A DNA stretch of 63,107 bases from Bacteroidota bacterium (GCA_021767705.1 JAASSU010000002.1:1-63107), one strand, 5' to 3'. Positions 1 through 10,911 are shown, counted from the first letter of the stretch. Notes: generated from the letters alone by a model not told the origin. Translations and numbers: made by a program.

Positions 1-37
1 CGTACGATTTTAATTTGATTCTTATCCTCTGACTCAC
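1..37 (-). CDS. rpsJ: 30S ribosomal protein S10, 5' end only (the gene runs off the window start)
   Basis: The reverse complement of 1-37 reads GTG AGT CAG AGG ATA AGA ATC AAA TTA AAA TCG TAC, i.e. (M)SQRIRIKLKSY, the conserved S10 N-terminus. It lies 24 nt downstream of the fusA stop, matching the usual str/S10 gene order. The GTG start is inferred. It is absent from the ORF track because it is truncated. Confidence 0.55.
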   Translation of the reverse strand, partial: MSQRIRIKLKSY

Positions 38-61
38 TGTATTATCATTTTGTGTTTAAAA

Positions 62-2182
62 TCAATTTAATTCATATCCGGCGTTCTCAACTACAGCTTT
101 CTTCACACTCTCGGGTGCTTGCTTAAACGAGTCGAACTCCATTGTAGATGTTGCCCTGCCTGAAGTAACCGTACGTAACGCTGTTACATATCCGAACATT
201 TCAGACAATGGCACTTTTGCTTTTATTGTTTGTACTCCACCCGGGCGCGACCCTACATCTTCGATAAGCGCTCTGCGTTTATTGAGGTCACCTGTAACGT
301 CACCGAGGTATTCTTCCGGAGTAACTACTTCTACTTTCATGATAGGCTCAAGCAGTTCTTTCTTCATTTTCTTGCTGGCTTCTCTGAAAGCCAGCTTAGC
401 TACCAGTTCAAAAGAAAGCTGATCGGAGTCTACATCGTGGTAAGAACCATCTTTAAGAACAACTTTAAGATTCTTCACCTCGTATCCTGCCAGCGGGCCA
501 TTTACCATGGCATTCTTAAAGCCTTGTTCCACAGAAGGAATAAATTCCTTAGGGATATTACCACCTTTGATTTCATTAACGAATTGAAGCCCTTCAAAAT
601 CCGGATCGTCAGCAGGGCCTATTTCAATCTGGATATCAGCAAATTTACCACGTCCACCAGTCTGCTTCTTATACACTTCACGGTGTTCGATAGTAGAATT
701 CACTGCTTCGCGATAATTCACCTGCGGAGCTCCCTGGTTGCATTCCACTTTAAACTCACGCTTCAGGCGATCGATAAGCACATCGAGGTGCAATTCGCCC
801 ATTCCTCTGATAATGGTTTGCCCGGAGTGTTCGTCGGTATGTACTTTGAAAGTCGGGTCTTCTTCGGCGAGTCTTACAAGGGCGTTAGACAGCTTATCCA
901 CATCTGCTTTAGTTTTTGGCTCCACAGCCACACTAATTACCGGCTCGGGGAACGACATTGATTCGAGCAATACGTTGTTGTCGAGATCGCAAAGTGTATC
1001 CCCGGTGTGAATTGTTTTAAAGCCAACTACGGCACCAATATCTCCTGCTTCAAGCCGATCAAGAGGCTTACGCTTGTTGGCATGCATCTGCATGATGCGG
1101 CTGATACGTTCCTTCTTACCGGTACTGGCATTGTAAATATAAGAGCCTGCTTCCACTTTTCCGGAATAAACTCTTACAAAGGCCAATCTTCCAACATATG
1201 GGTCGGTGGCAATTTTAAATGCCAATGCGGTAAACTTACCTGATGGGTCAGCTTCATAATGAACAGGCTCTTCTGTTTTAGCATCGATCCCTTCGATAGC
1301 TTCCACATCCAATGGGCTGGGAAGATAGCGAACCACAGAGTCGAGTAACATCTGAACACCTTTGTTTTTGAATGCAGAACCACACATCATAGGTGTAATT
1401 CTTTGCTCCAAAGTAGCTTTTCTGATAGCTTCATACATTTCCTCTTCAGAAATAGAATCCGGATCATCCATAAACTTCTCGAAAAGGTCTTCGCTTTCTT
1501 CAGCTACTCCTTCAACGAGTTCGTTACGGTATTCCTCTACCATTTCCTTCATATCCTCAGGGATGGGGATCTCAATGATCTTCATTCCCTGTGTAGATTC
1601 ATCCCACTCAAAAGCTTTGTTTTTGATCAGGTCTACAATGCCCCTGAAGTCCTCTTCTGCTCCGATAGGAAGCTGAATGGGTACCGGGTTGGCATGAAGC
1701 TTATCTTTTATTTGTTCCAGGACACCGAAAAAGTCGGCCCCGGTTCTATCCATTTTATTTACAAATCCAAGACGTGGCACTTTGTACTTGTCGGCCTGGC
1801 GCCATACTGTTTCTGATTGCGGCTCAACGCCTCCAACAGCACAGAAAACGGCAACAGAACCATCGAGCACCCTCAGCGAACGTTCTACCTCTACGGTAAA
1901 ATCGACGTGGCCCGGAGTATCAATAATGTTAATCTTATACTCCTGCCCTTTGTGGTTGAGGTCCATTAAACTCCAAAAGACTGTGGTGGCAGCCGAAGTA
2001 ATGGTGATACCCCGTTCTTGTTCTTGTTCCATCCAGTCCATAGTTGCGCCTCCATCGTGTACTTCCCCGATACGGTGATTGATTCCCGTATAATAGAGGA
2101 TACGCTCGGTAGTGGTGGTTTTACCGGCGTCGATGTGAGCCATTATCCCTATGTTTCTGGTATTTCTTAACTTTTTAGACAT
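62..2182 (-). CDS. fusA: Translation elongation factor G
   Basis: 706-aa ORF with GTPase motifs [17 protein letters not shown] and NKMDR. EF-G domains II-V are collinear throughout, and the gene follows rpsL-rpsG. Confidence 0.97.
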   Translation of the reverse strand: MSKKLRNTRNIGIMAHIDAGKTTTTERILYYTGINHRIGEVHDGGATMDWMEQEQERGITITSAATTVFWSLMDLNHKGQEYKINIIDTPGHVDFTVEVERSLRVLDGSVAVFCAVGGVEPQSETVWRQADKYKVPRLGFVNKMDRTGADFFGVLEQIKDKLHANPVPIQLPIGAEEDFRGIVDLIKNKAFEWDESTQGMKIIEIPIPEDMKEMVEEYRNELVEGVAEESEDLFEKFMDDPDSISEEEMYEAIRKATLEQRITPMMCGSAFKNKGVQMLLDSVVRYLPSPLDVEAIEGIDAKTEEPVHYEADPSGKFTALAFKIATDPYVGRLAFVRVYSGKVEAGSYIYNASTGKKERISRIMQMHANKRKPLDRLEAGDIGAVVGFKTIHTGDTLCDLDNNVLLESMSFPEPVISVAVEPKTKADVDKLSNALVRLAEEDPTFKVHTDEHSGQTIIRGMGELHLDVLIDRLKREFKVECNQGAPQVNYREAVNSTIEHREVYKKQTGGRGKFADIQIEIGPADDPDFEGLQFVNEIKGGNIPKEFIPSVEQGFKNAMVNGPLAGYEVKNLKVVLKDGSYHDVDSDQLSFELVAKLAFREASKKMKKELLEPIMKVEVVTPEEYLGDVTGDLNKRRALIEDVGSRPGGVQTIKAKVPLSEMFGYVTALRTVTSGRATSTMEFDSFKQAPESVKKAVVENAGYELN

Positions 2183-2202
2183 TCCTGCTATTCTCCTTTC
2201 GA

Positions 2203-2670
2203 TTAAAATCTAAAGTGTGAAAATGCTTTGTTTGCGTCGGCCATACGGTGTGTTTCTTCCTTACGCTTAAAGGCATTGCCTTCTTCTTTGTATGCTGCAA
2301 CGATTTCACCAGCCAGGCGCTCAGCCATCGTCTTTTCATGACGCTTGCGTGCAAACTTAATCATGTTCTTCATGGCTATTGACTGCTTGCGCGCAGGACG
2401 AATCTCTGAAGGAATCTGGAATGTGGCACCACCAATTCTTCTGCTTCGAACCTCAACATTTGGTGTAATGTTAGCCAATGCTTTTTTCCAAACCTCAACA
2501 CCGTCTTCGCCGGTTTTTTCAGCCGCACGTTCGATAGCCTCATAGAAAATCTTCAGAGACTTTTCTTTCTTTCCCTGAAGCATCAGATTATTCACGAACT
2601 TGGTGATCATCGCATCATTAAAATGCGGATCGGGCTGAATTATTCTCTTTTTTGGTCTTCCTTTTCTCAT
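2203..2670 (-). CDS. rpsG: 30S ribosomal protein S7
   Basis: 155-aa ORF with a typical S7 sequence (PDPHFND..., [11 protein letters not shown]), located between rpsL and fusA. Confidence 0.97.
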   Translation of the reverse strand: MRKGRPKKRIIQPDPHFNDAMITKFVNNLMLQGKKEKSLKIFYEAIERAAEKTGEDGVEVWKKALANITPNVEVRSRRIGGATFQIPSEIRPARKQSIAMKNMIKFARKRHEKTMAERLAGEIVAAYKEEGNAFKRKEETHRMADANKAFSHFRF

Positions 2671-2699
2671 GTCAATTAAATTCCTTTAATCCGAATCAA

Positions 2700-3074
2700 T
2701 TATTTCTTAGGCCTTTTGGTTCCATACTTAGAGCGTCGCTGCTTTCTGTCGTCCACACCTGAGGTATCGAGGGCCCCACGTACGATGTGATAACGAACAC
2801 CTGGCAAGTCTTTTACCCTACCACCGCGTATAAGCACGATAGAGTGCTCCTGAAGGTTGTGCCCTTCGCCCGGGATGTAAGCGTTGACTTCTTTACCATT
2901 GGTCAGGCGCACCCTGGCTACCTTACGCATGGCAGAATTTGGTTTCTTTGGAGTGGTAGTGTAAACCCTTACACAAACACCACGACGCTGTGGACAAGAG
3001 TCTAATGCTTTTGACTTGCTTGTTTCCTCCAGCTTCTTGCGTCCTTTTCTAACTAACTGTTGTATCGTTGGCAT
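2700..3074 (-). CDS. rpsL: 30S ribosomal protein S12
   Basis: 124-aa [15 protein letters not shown]...[16 protein letters not shown]...[10 protein letters not shown], the canonical S12 sequence. Confidence 0.97.
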   Translation of the reverse strand: MPTIQQLVRKGRKKLEETSKSKALDSCPQRRGVCVRVYTTTPKKPNSAMRKVARVRLTNGKEVNAYIPGEGHNLQEHSIVLIRGGRVKDLPGVRYHIVRGALDTSGVDDRKQRRSKYGTKRPKK

Positions 3075-3116
3075 ATATAAATTGTTAATTTAAACTTGCC
3101 CCTTCTTTTGGGCTCG

Positions 3117-3124
3117 CAAAACTA
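3117..3124 (-). promoter_or_regulatory. Candidate Bacteroidota -7 promoter box for the rpsL-rpsG-fusA operon
   Basis: The plus strand reads CAAAACTA, so the minus strand reads TAGTTTTG (TAnnTTTG). It lies about 43 nt upstream of the rpsL ATG. A second match at 3324-3331 makes the assignment ambiguous. Confidence 0.3.
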
Positions 3125-3372
3125 AAACTTGTTTCTTTTGAAAAGCGTATAGAGAATATACCTGCGGCGGGAAGACGTTTGCCTTAGTGTTTAGGATGAC
3201 TTTAAAGTCAGAGCCTGAAACAATTAAGGTTGAAACCTATATCCGTCTTACCTTGTCAGGTTTCTCAATACTACTTTTGAACTGCTAATCAAGCAGTTTT
3301 ACTATGTTTTTCAATAGCGGCTGCAAAAATAAGACTTATTTTCTTAATTCCAATAACTTTCTTAAACTTTTT

Positions 3373-3380
3373 TATTTTTG
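3373..3380 (+). promoter_or_regulatory. Candidate -7 promoter box (TAttTTTG) for the helicase gene
   Basis: TATTTTTG lies 22 nt upstream of the GTG start at 3403. No clear -33 TTTG is present. Confidence 0.3.
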
Positions 3381-3402
3381 CAGCTCATAAAAGCCAAATC
3401 AC

Positions 3403-5706
3403 GTGACAAAAATCCTCGAACAGTTAAATGAAGCACAGCGTCAGGCAGTAACGGCCACCGATGGACCGGTAATGGTAGTTGCAGGAGCAGGTTCAGGTAA
3501 AACAAGGGTGCTAACCTACCGCATCGCTTATTTACTTGAGCAAGGAGTGGATCCTTTTAACATTCTTGCCCTGACATTTACTAATAAAGCTGCCCGCGAA
3601 ATGAAAGAGCGTATCGCTAACCTGGTGGGCCCCGAAGCCCGCAACGTTTGGATGGGAACGTTCCACTCCATTTTTGCGCGTATGCTGCGCTCTGACGGGC
3701 ACCTGCTGGGATACCCTTCAAACTTCACCATATACGATACGGATGACGCCAAAAGCTTGCTGAGATCCATCATCAAAGAACTTAATCTGGATAAAAAGGT
3801 ATACCCGGCAAATGTAGTTTTAGGGAGGATTTCTTCGAGCAAAAACAATTTACTTAACGCCCAGGCTTACATTAATAACGACGAAATTACCACTGCAGAC
3901 AAAGCAGCAGGAAGGCCACTAATAGGAGAAATCTACAGGATTTATGAAAAGCGGCTGTTCCAATCGAAAGCTATGGACTTTGATGATCTGTTGTTTAAAA
4001 CAAACATTCTGCTCAGGGATTTTCCGGAGGTGCTGCATAAATACCAGCATAAGTTTCGCTACATCCTTGTAGATGAATACCAGGACACTAACTACTCGCA
4101 GTACCTTATCGTAAAAAAACTTTCGGCCAACGATGAGAATATTTGTGTGGTGGGCGACGACGCGCAGAGTATCTACGCTTTCAGGGGTGCCAATATTGCC
4201 AACATCCTGAATTTCCGGAAGGATTATCCCGAAGTGAAAGTCTTTAAGCTGGAACAAAACTATCGCTCCACCCAAACCATCGTGAATGCCGCCAATGGTG
4301 TGATTGCTCACAACAAAGACCAGATTCAAAAGGTGGTCTGGACAGAAAATGTATCGGGAGACAGAATTTCACTTTTCAGGGCCGCTACCGATTCAGAAGA
4401 GGGCCGCAAGGTAGCCGGAAGTATCTTCGAGACTAAAATGAACGAGCATTGCTCTAACCAGGACTTTGCCATCCTCTACCGTACCAATGCACAGTCGCGC
4501 TCATTAGAAGAGGCGCTGAGAAAACAAAACATTCCCTACAAAATATACGGTGGGCTCTCATTTTATCAACGGAAAGAAATAAAAGATCTACTTGCGTATT
4601 TCAGGCTTGCTATCAATCATGAAGATGAAGAGGCCTTGCTCAGGGTCATTAATTATCCCACCCGTGGAATCGGAGCCACAAGCCAGCAAAAGCTCACCAT
4701 AAAAGCACAGGAGAATGATGTGTCGCTCTGGGAAATTCTTGACAAGCCCGGAACTTATGGCGTGGAAATAGGTGCCAGCGTGGGCAACAGGCTTCATCAG
4801 TTTAAAACCATGATTGAAAGTTTTTCGGCCAGGATTAAGAAAGACAATGCTTATGAGGTGGCCAGGCATATTGCTTCCACAACAGGTATTATTAAAACCT
4901 TAAACGAAGATAAAACCCCTGAGGGTATCAGCCGCTTCGAAAACCTCGAGGAACTCCTTAACGCTATCAACGAATTTGCGGAAAAGGAACCTGAAAGCGA
5001 GGACGAAGAAGAGGCCCCAAAAACTCTCGATGTGTTTATGCAGGATGTGGCATTGCTGACCGATCAGGATAACGACGACAAAAATGACAGCGACCGGGTT
5101 TCGCTGATGACCATACATGCTGCCAAGGGCCTCGAATTTCCATATGTATATATTGTAGGTCTTGAAGAGAACTTATTTCCAAGCATGCAATCACTCAACA
5201 CCCGTGCCGATCTGGAAGAGGAGCGGCGTTTGTTTTATGTGGCCCTGACAAGAGCGGAGAAAAAATCCACTATCTCCTATGCAGAAACACGCTATAAATG
5301 GGGGAACCTTATCATGAGTGAGCCCAGCAGGTTTATCGAAGAGATAGATCCGCAATACCTGGATATCCCCCCAAGCCATTATCATCGCGAAAGCAGTACC
5401 GCTCAAACGCGCCAACGCGCCCCGTTTAAAGACAAACCGGCTTATAAGAAACTGAAAGCCGGGCAGCCCTCGGCAAATATGACAAAGGCCTCCTCTGCCA
5501 GGCCCAAACCATCCGGAGATTTTCCGGCTTGCAATCCTGATGAAATATTTCCCGGGATTGAAGTCGCCCATCAAAAATTTGGCAACGGAAAAGTATTAAA
5601 TGTGGAAGGCAAAGGCGCCAACAAGAAGGCAACAATATACTTTAAGAATGTGGGGCAAAAGAATTTGTTACTTAAATTTGCACGTCTGAAAATCATAAAA
5701 TCATAA
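3403..5706 (+). CDS. UvrD/PcrA/Rep-family (SF1) ATP-dependent DNA helicase
   Basis: 767-aa ORF with a GTG start. Motifs: Walker A AGAGSGKTRV, motif II VDEYQDTN, LEQNYRST, and C-terminal TIHAAKGLEF and VALTRA. Confidence 0.92.
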   Translation: MTKILEQLNEAQRQAVTATDGPVMVVAGAGSGKTRVLTYRIAYLLEQGVDPFNILALTFTNKAAREMKERIANLVGPEARNVWMGTFHSIFARMLRSDGHLLGYPSNFTIYDTDDAKSLLRSIIKELNLDKKVYPANVVLGRISSSKNNLLNAQAYINNDEITTADKAAGRPLIGEIYRIYEKRLFQSKAMDFDDLLFKTNILLRDFPEVLHKYQHKFRYILVDEYQDTNYSQYLIVKKLSANDENICVVGDDAQSIYAFRGANIANILNFRKDYPEVKVFKLEQNYRSTQTIVNAANGVIAHNKDQIQKVVWTENVSGDRISLFRAATDSEEGRKVAGSIFETKMNEHCSNQDFAILYRTNAQSRSLEEALRKQNIPYKIYGGLSFYQRKEIKDLLAYFRLAINHEDEEALLRVINYPTRGIGATSQQKLTIKAQENDVSLWEILDKPGTYGVEIGASVGNRLHQFKTMIESFSARIKKDNAYEVARHIASTTGIIKTLNEDKTPEGISRFENLEELLNAINEFAEKEPESEDEEEAPKTLDVFMQDVALLTDQDNDDKNDSDRVSLMTIHAAKGLEFPYVYIVGLEENLFPSMQSLNTRADLEEERRLFYVALTRAEKKSTISYAETRYKWGNLIMSEPSRFIEEIDPQYLDIPPSHYHRESSTAQTRQRAPFKDKPAYKKLKAGQPSANMTKASSARPKPSGDFPACNPDEIFPGIEVAHQKFGNGKVLNVEGKGANKKATIYFKNVGQKNLLLKFARLKIIKS

Positions 5707-5858
5707 TAATTAGTATATTTGCAGTTGAATCATGTATCGCCTGGCTTTCAGCAGGAAATTGTTCAGAACACCGCAATCGGGTTGATTAGCCAACATCAGG
5801 ACATAAAACTTACTGTTCAGGTCATACAAATCGAAACTTACAAAAGAGGAAAAAAGAA

Positions 5859-6518
5859 ATGGTTACAGAAAATCTTGAATACAATACGGCGCGCGATCAA
5901 ATGGTGATCAGGGAATATGGCAGGAATGTCCAGAAGCTCATCAACTTTGCCAAAACCATCGAAGATCGTAACGAACGCACCCGCTTTTGCCATTTTATCG
6001 TACAGGTAATGGAGCAAATGCACCCGCATCGCGAAGGTGGCGATGTAAAAAGGAAGCTATGGGATCACCTGCATCTTATCGCCAACCTCGAGCTCGACGT
6101 TGACTCGCCATACCCACTGCCGGAGCCGGAAGCCATCTTTGCGAAACCAGAACCACTCGACTACAACAGCCGTCCGGTTCAGTTTAAGCAGTACGGGAAA
6201 AACATTGAGCGCATCATCGAAAAAACGGTAGAGCTGGAGGATGAAGAAATCAAAAAACTAATGATAAAGATTTTGGGGAATCACCTCAAGAAACTTTATC
6301 TTAACTGGAACCGCGAGTCTGTTTCTGACGAGCTCATCAACGAGCACATGAAACAACTTTCAAACGGAAAGCTGGAAATCACCGAAGACATCGAGCTCAA
6401 TTCCACCAGCGACATCCTGGCAAAGATGCGTCGCAAAAAGCCCATGACCAAGCAGGAATACAAAAACCGGAAAAACCAGCAAAACAAAGGGCATAAGCAT
6501 CATTATCAAAAAAGATAA
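5859..6518 (+). CDS. DUF4290-family protein (conserved Bacteroidota protein upstream of murA)
   Basis: 219-aa ORF. The N-terminus NLEYNTARDQMVIREYGRNVQKLI matches my recollection of DUF4290. It has a basic C-terminal tail. The function is unknown. Confidence 0.7.
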   Translation: MVTENLEYNTARDQMVIREYGRNVQKLINFAKTIEDRNERTRFCHFIVQVMEQMHPHREGGDVKRKLWDHLHLIANLELDVDSPYPLPEPEAIFAKPEPLDYNSRPVQFKQYGKNIERIIEKTVELEDEEIKKLMIKILGNHLKKLYLNWNRESVSDELINEHMKQLSNGKLEITEDIELNSTSDILAKMRRKKPMTKQEYKNRKNQQNKGHKHHYQKR

Positions 6519-6523
6519 ACACT

Positions 6524-6552
6524 AAAGACAGCTATTCACGCTGTCTTTTTTT
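6524..6552 (+). terminator. Rho-independent terminator after the DUF4290 gene
   Basis: AAAGACAGC (6524-6532) pairs with GCTGTCTTT (6540-6548) around a 7-nt loop, followed by a T-run. Confidence 0.6.
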
Positions 6553-6566
6553 ACTTACTGAAAGCT

Positions 6567-7880
6567 ATGAGTTCATTTGAAATTACAGGTGGCTATGAAT
6601 TGAGCGGGGAAATTATCCCCCAGGGTGCAAAAAATGAAGCACTGCAAATTCTCTGTGCTGTTCTTTTAACTGAAGAAGAGGTCACCATTCATAAGATCCC
6701 GGATATTCGTGATGTGAATTTCCTGATTGAGATTCTGAAAGACCTGGGTGTAAAAACAGAAAAAATTGGTGACGAGTCCTACCGCTTTTGTGCGCGCGAT
6801 ATTGACCTTGATTACTTGCTGACGCCCGAATTCAGGGCTAAAGGCAGCCGCCTCAGGGGTTCTGTTATGATTCTCGGCCCCCTGCTTTCACGTTTCGGTT
6901 TTGCCTACCTCCCCAAACCCGGAGGCGACAAGATCGGGCGCCGGCGCCTTGACACGCACCTCGAAGGGTTCCTTTCACTTGGGGCAGACTTTCAGTTTAT
7001 CGAGGAGGAAGGTGTTTATAAAATTACCGCCAAAAACCATAAGCTTCACGGAAAATACATGCTCCTGGATGAAGCTTCGGTCACGGGTACAGCGAACATT
7101 ATTATGGCTGCCACCCTCGCCGAAGGGACGACTACCATTTTCAATGCAGCCTGCGAGCCTTACATCACACAATTGTGTAAGATGCTTATGCGGATGGGCG
7201 CAAAAATTGAAGGCACAGGCTCCAACCTGCTAACTATACATGGCGTGGAGTCGCTGAGAGGCACCACACACACCATGCTCCCCGACATGATTGAAATAGG
7301 AAGTTTCATGGGAATGGCGGCGATGACACAATCGGAAATCACACTTAAAGGAGTGGATATCCATCAGCTTGGCAATATCCCACAGGTATTCAGCAAGCTG
7401 GGAGTGAAAAGCCGGCAAGTGGGCAACGATTTGCTCATTCCGAAGCAGGAAAGTTATGAGGTAGCCTCCTTTTTTGACGGCTCGATAATGACCATTGCCG
7501 ATGCCCCCTGGCCAGGGTTTACCCCTGACCTGATAAGCATTGCCCTGGTGGTGGCCACCCAAACGAAAGGCGCTGTACTTATCCACCAAAAAATGTTTGA
7601 AAGCAGGTTGTTTTTCGTTGATAAACTCATTGACATGGGAGCACAAATTATATTATGCGACCCTCACCGTGCCACCGTTATCGGGCACAATCATCAAACC
7701 CATCTTAAAGGAATTGAGATGACGTCGCCGGATATCAGGGCCGGAGTGGCTTTGCTTATTGCAGCACTATCTGCTAAAGGAAAAAGCACTATCCATAACA
7801 TCGAGCAAATCGACCGGGGATACCAAAAAATCGATGAGCGCCTGAGAAATCTTGGCGCACAAATCAAACGCATATCTTAA
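6567..7880 (+). CDS. murA: UDP-N-acetylglucosamine 1-carboxyvinyltransferase
   Basis: 437-aa ORF, collinear with E. coli MurA (GAKNEALQIL..., PGGDKIGRRRLDTH, C-terminal IDRGYQKIDERLRNLGAQI). The active-site position carries Asp121 instead of Cys. Confidence 0.95.
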   Translation: MSSFEITGGYELSGEIIPQGAKNEALQILCAVLLTEEEVTIHKIPDIRDVNFLIEILKDLGVKTEKIGDESYRFCARDIDLDYLLTPEFRAKGSRLRGSVMILGPLLSRFGFAYLPKPGGDKIGRRRLDTHLEGFLSLGADFQFIEEEGVYKITAKNHKLHGKYMLLDEASVTGTANIIMAATLAEGTTTIFNAACEPYITQLCKMLMRMGAKIEGTGSNLLTIHGVESLRGTTHTMLPDMIEIGSFMGMAAMTQSEITLKGVDIHQLGNIPQVFSKLGVKSRQVGNDLLIPKQESYEVASFFDGSIMTIADAPWPGFTPDLISIALVVATQTKGAVLIHQKMFESRLFFVDKLIDMGAQIILCDPHRATVIGHNHQTHLKGIEMTSPDIRAGVALLIAALSAKGKSTIHNIEQIDRGYQKIDERLRNLGAQIKRIS

Positions 7881-7962
7881 TACACTGACAATTTGTCTAT
7901 GAACTCTGATTGGCAGGTTATTTGTTAACAACCTGACCGATTGAACTGAAAATAATACCGTT

Positions 7963-8610
7963 ATGAATAAATCATCTGAAGAAAAAAACACTTTAGATCA
8001 GGAGCAGAAGAAGACTCAGGAAGAGCAGGATAACAAGACTAAAAAGACTGAACCTGCTGAGAAGAAAGAAGAGCAGAACGACAAAAACAAGGAAGAAAAA
8101 AAACAAACGAAGTCAAAAAAAGACAGCTCGTCATCTAAAAAGACAAAAAAGCAGGATGCTGAAAAGATCAAAGAGCTGGAAGCAAAACTTGATGAACAGA
8201 AAGATAAATTTCTGAGGCTTTATGCCGAGTTTGAAAACTACAGGCGTCGCACCAGTAAAGAAAAGCTGGCATTAAGCCAAACCGCCTCAGAAAACCTGAT
8301 CTCCAAGTTGCTACCGGTGATGGATGATTACGAGCGTGCTCAAAAGGCCTACAATGATAAAGAGGATCTTCAGGCATTTAAAGAAGGTATCGAGCTTATC
8401 GCCGATAAGTACTGGAAAATCCTTGCGCAGGAAGGTCTTGAAGTAATTGACTCGAACAACAAAGAATTTAATACCGACGAGCACGAAGCGATTACAAAAA
8501 TCCCGGCCCCTTCAGAAGATCTGAAAGGGAAAGTGGTGGATACCACTGAAAAAGGATACAAGCTTAAAGACAAAGTTATTCGCTACGCAAAAGTGGTAGT
8601 TGGAAATTAA
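7963..8610 (+). CDS. grpE: Nucleotide exchange factor GrpE
   Basis: 215-aa ORF. A K/E/Q-rich N-terminal extension is followed by the GrpE core (LRLYAEFENYRRR), directly upstream of dnaJ. Confidence 0.93.
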   Translation: MNKSSEEKNTLDQEQKKTQEEQDNKTKKTEPAEKKEEQNDKNKEEKKQTKSKKDSSSSKKTKKQDAEKIKELEAKLDEQKDKFLRLYAEFENYRRRTSKEKLALSQTASENLISKLLPVMDDYERAQKAYNDKEDLQAFKEGIELIADKYWKILAQEGLEVIDSNNKEFNTDEHEAITKIPAPSEDLKGKVVDTTEKGYKLKDKVIRYAKVVVGN

Positions 8611-8628
8611 AAAAGAAAAGCACAGGTA

Positions 8629-9792
8629 ATGGCACAAAGAGATTACTACGAAATATTAGGCGTGTCCAAAAATGCCAGTCAGGATGAGATCAAGAAAGCC
8701 TACCGCAAGATGGCTTTAAAGTATCACCCTGACCGGAATCCGGATGATAAAGATGCCGAAGCAAAGTTTAAGGAAGCTGCAGAAGCTTACGAGGTGTTGA
8801 GCAACCAGGAAAAGCGCCAGAAGTACGACCGCTTTGGCCATGAAGGCATGAAGAGCGGCTTTGGTGGCGGTGGCTTCGGTGGCGGCATGAGTATGGATGA
8901 TATTTTCGAGCACTTCGGCGATATTTTTGGCGGTGGCTTCGGAAGTGCTTTCGGCGGAGGTTTTGGCGGAGGACAATCACGCCGGCGCCGAAGGGTAAAC
9001 AGGGGCTCTGACCTGCGCATCAAAGTGAAGCTCACCCTCGAAGAAATAGCTAAAGGGGTTGAAAAGCGCATCAAGGTCAACAAGTATGTTTCGTGCAAAA
9101 CCTGCAGCGGAACAGGCGCTAAAGATGGCTCCTCGTTCAGCACATGTCATACCTGCAATGGTAGCGGACAGGTGACCCGGGTTTCAAACACTTTCCTCGG
9201 GCAAATGCAAACCACTTCCACCTGCCCTACATGCGGCGGTGAAGGGCAAACCATCCACAACAAGTGTAACGTTTGTCATGGCAATGGCATTGTTAAAGAC
9301 AACGAAGTAATTAGCATCGATATTCCGGCAGGCGTGGCGCAGGGCATGCAACTCTCGGTCAGTGGCAAAGGTAATGCAGCCGCCCGTGGTGGTGTCCCCG
9401 GCGATTTGATTGTATTGATTGAAGAAGAAAGCCATCCCCAGTTGCAACGCGACGGAAACAACCTCTTGTACGACCTGTATATCAGTATTCCTGAAGCAGC
9501 CTTGGGCACAAAAGCCGACATCCCAACCATTGAAAGCACGGCACGTATCAAAATAGACCCCGGAACACAAGGGGGAAAGGTGCTGCGGCTCAAAGGAAAA
9601 GGGCTGCCCGAAGTGAACGGCTACGCCCGTGGCGACTTGATGGTCAATGTAAATATCTGGACACCGAAGACCTTATCGGATGAAGAAAAGAAAATGTTAG
9701 AGAAGCTGGCTGAGTCAGATAATTTCAAACCCAATCCAACATCAAGGGACAAAAGTTTCTTTAACAGGATGAAGGAGTATTTCAGAAATTAA
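8629..9792 (+). CDS. dnaJ: Molecular chaperone DnaJ
   Basis: J domain with the HPD motif (KYHPDRNP), a G/F-rich linker, and four CxxCxGxG zinc-finger repeats ([32 protein letters not shown]). Confidence 0.97.
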   Translation: MAQRDYYEILGVSKNASQDEIKKAYRKMALKYHPDRNPDDKDAEAKFKEAAEAYEVLSNQEKRQKYDRFGHEGMKSGFGGGGFGGGMSMDDIFEHFGDIFGGGFGSAFGGGFGGGQSRRRRRVNRGSDLRIKVKLTLEEIAKGVEKRIKVNKYVSCKTCSGTGAKDGSSFSTCHTCNGSGQVTRVSNTFLGQMQTTSTCPTCGGEGQTIHNKCNVCHGNGIVKDNEVISIDIPAGVAQGMQLSVSGKGNAAARGGVPGDLIVLIEEESHPQLQRDGNNLLYDLYISIPEAALGTKADIPTIESTARIKIDPGTQGGKVLRLKGKGLPEVNGYARGDLMVNVNIWTPKTLSDEEKKMLEKLAESDNFKPNPTSRDKSFFNRMKEYFRN

Positions 9793-9984
9793 CAATCAGA
9801 AAGCAACTATTTTATAAGAAAGGGTGTAATAAATGTGTAAACCACGATACTAAGTTTACAGATTTTACATCCTTTTTTTTATGTGCCTGAAAAAGGCCAT
9901 GCCTGAAATTTTCCCTGCAATTCCTTTTAACGTTGGGATTAGGGATAAACTAAATGAAAGAATATTTACAGATAAATAAAACAG

Positions 9985-10911
9985 ATGAAAAACATGGATT
10001 TTCTTGTTGCCCAAAACATCCACAAGGAGTTTATCAACCACAAAGCACTGGATGACGTAAGCATCAGCGTTCCTGAGCAAAGCATCTTCGGGCTGCTTGG
10101 CCCGAATGGTGCCGGAAAAACTACGCTCATCCGCATCATTAACCAGATTACAGCACCCGATAGTGGTAAGGTTTTTTTAAATGGTGAGCCGCTCAGCCCG
10201 CATCATATCTCTCAGATAGGCTACCTTCCTGAAGAAAGGGGCTTGTATCGAAAAATGAAGGTGGGCGAGCAAGCCCTTTACCTTGCTCAGCTAAAGAATG
10301 TTCCCAGGCGTGAAGCACAGGACCGTTTGAAAAAATGGTTTAAAAAATTTGACATTGATGCATGGTGGGATAAAAAAGTAGAAGAGCTTTCGAAAGGGAT
10401 GCAGCAGAAAATCCAGTTTATCACCACCATCCTGCACCGCCCGAAGCTTCTGATATTCGACGAGCCTTTCAGCGGGTTCGACCCGATCAATGCCAATATC
10501 CTGAAAGAAGAGATCTTAAATCTTCGGGAGGAAGGCGCAACAGTCATCTTTTCTACGCACAATATGGAGTCGGTGGAGGTGCTCTGCGACCATATCGCGC
10601 TTATCAACAAATCACATAAAATCCTCGACGGAAAAGTAAAACAGATCAAACAGGAATACAGCACCAATACCTTTACTACCCGCCTTACCAACCTGAAAGG
10701 GTCGCTGAGGGTGGAACTGCACTCTGATTTCAAAGTAGAGCACATGGAGGAAAAGGATAATTTCCTTACGGCTAAAATCACCATCACCAACAATGCCAGC
10801 CCGAATGATTTGGTTAAAAACCTGATGCAAATCGGAGAGGTACATGCTTTCAACGAGGTGATCCCATCCATGAATGAAATATTTATCAGAAAAGTACAGG
10901 AAAACAATTAA
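9985..10911 (+). CDS. ABC transporter ATP-binding protein (ABC-2 / NatA-like exporter)
   Basis: Walker A GPNGAGKTT, signature LSKGMQQK, Walker B LLIFDEP. An alternative ATG lies at 9994. Confidence 0.9.
   Translation: MKNMDFLVAQNIHKEFINHKALDDVSISVPEQSIFGLLGPNGAGKTTLIRIINQITAPDSGKVFLNGEPLSPHHISQIGYLPEERGLYRKMKVGEQALYLAQLKNVPRREAQDRLKKWFKKFDIDAWWDKKVEELSKGMQQKIQFITTILHRPKLLIFDEPFSGFDPINANILKEEILNLREEGATVIFSTHNMESVEVLCDHIALINKSHKILDGKVKQIKQEYSTNTFTTRLTNLKGSLRVELHSDFKVEHMEEKDNFLTAKITITNNASPNDLVKNLMQIGEVHAFNEVIPSMNEIFIRKVQENN

Noticed and set aside
230-2078. Several plus-strand ORFs of 78-243 aa (230-961, 738-1010, 1362-1676, 1403-1816, 1782-2078) in the track
   Set aside because: All lie antisense and entirely inside fusA. 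Their low-complexity, Ser/Phe/Leu-rich translations are typical of the shadow frames of a highly expressed gene.
8860-8985. Short direct DNA repeats (GGCGGTGGCTTCGG...), which might suggest a tandem repeat or a CRISPR-like array
   Set aside because: They encode the Gly/Phe-rich linker of DnaJ (GGGGFGGG...[15 protein letters not shown]). This is coding low complexity, not a repeat element.
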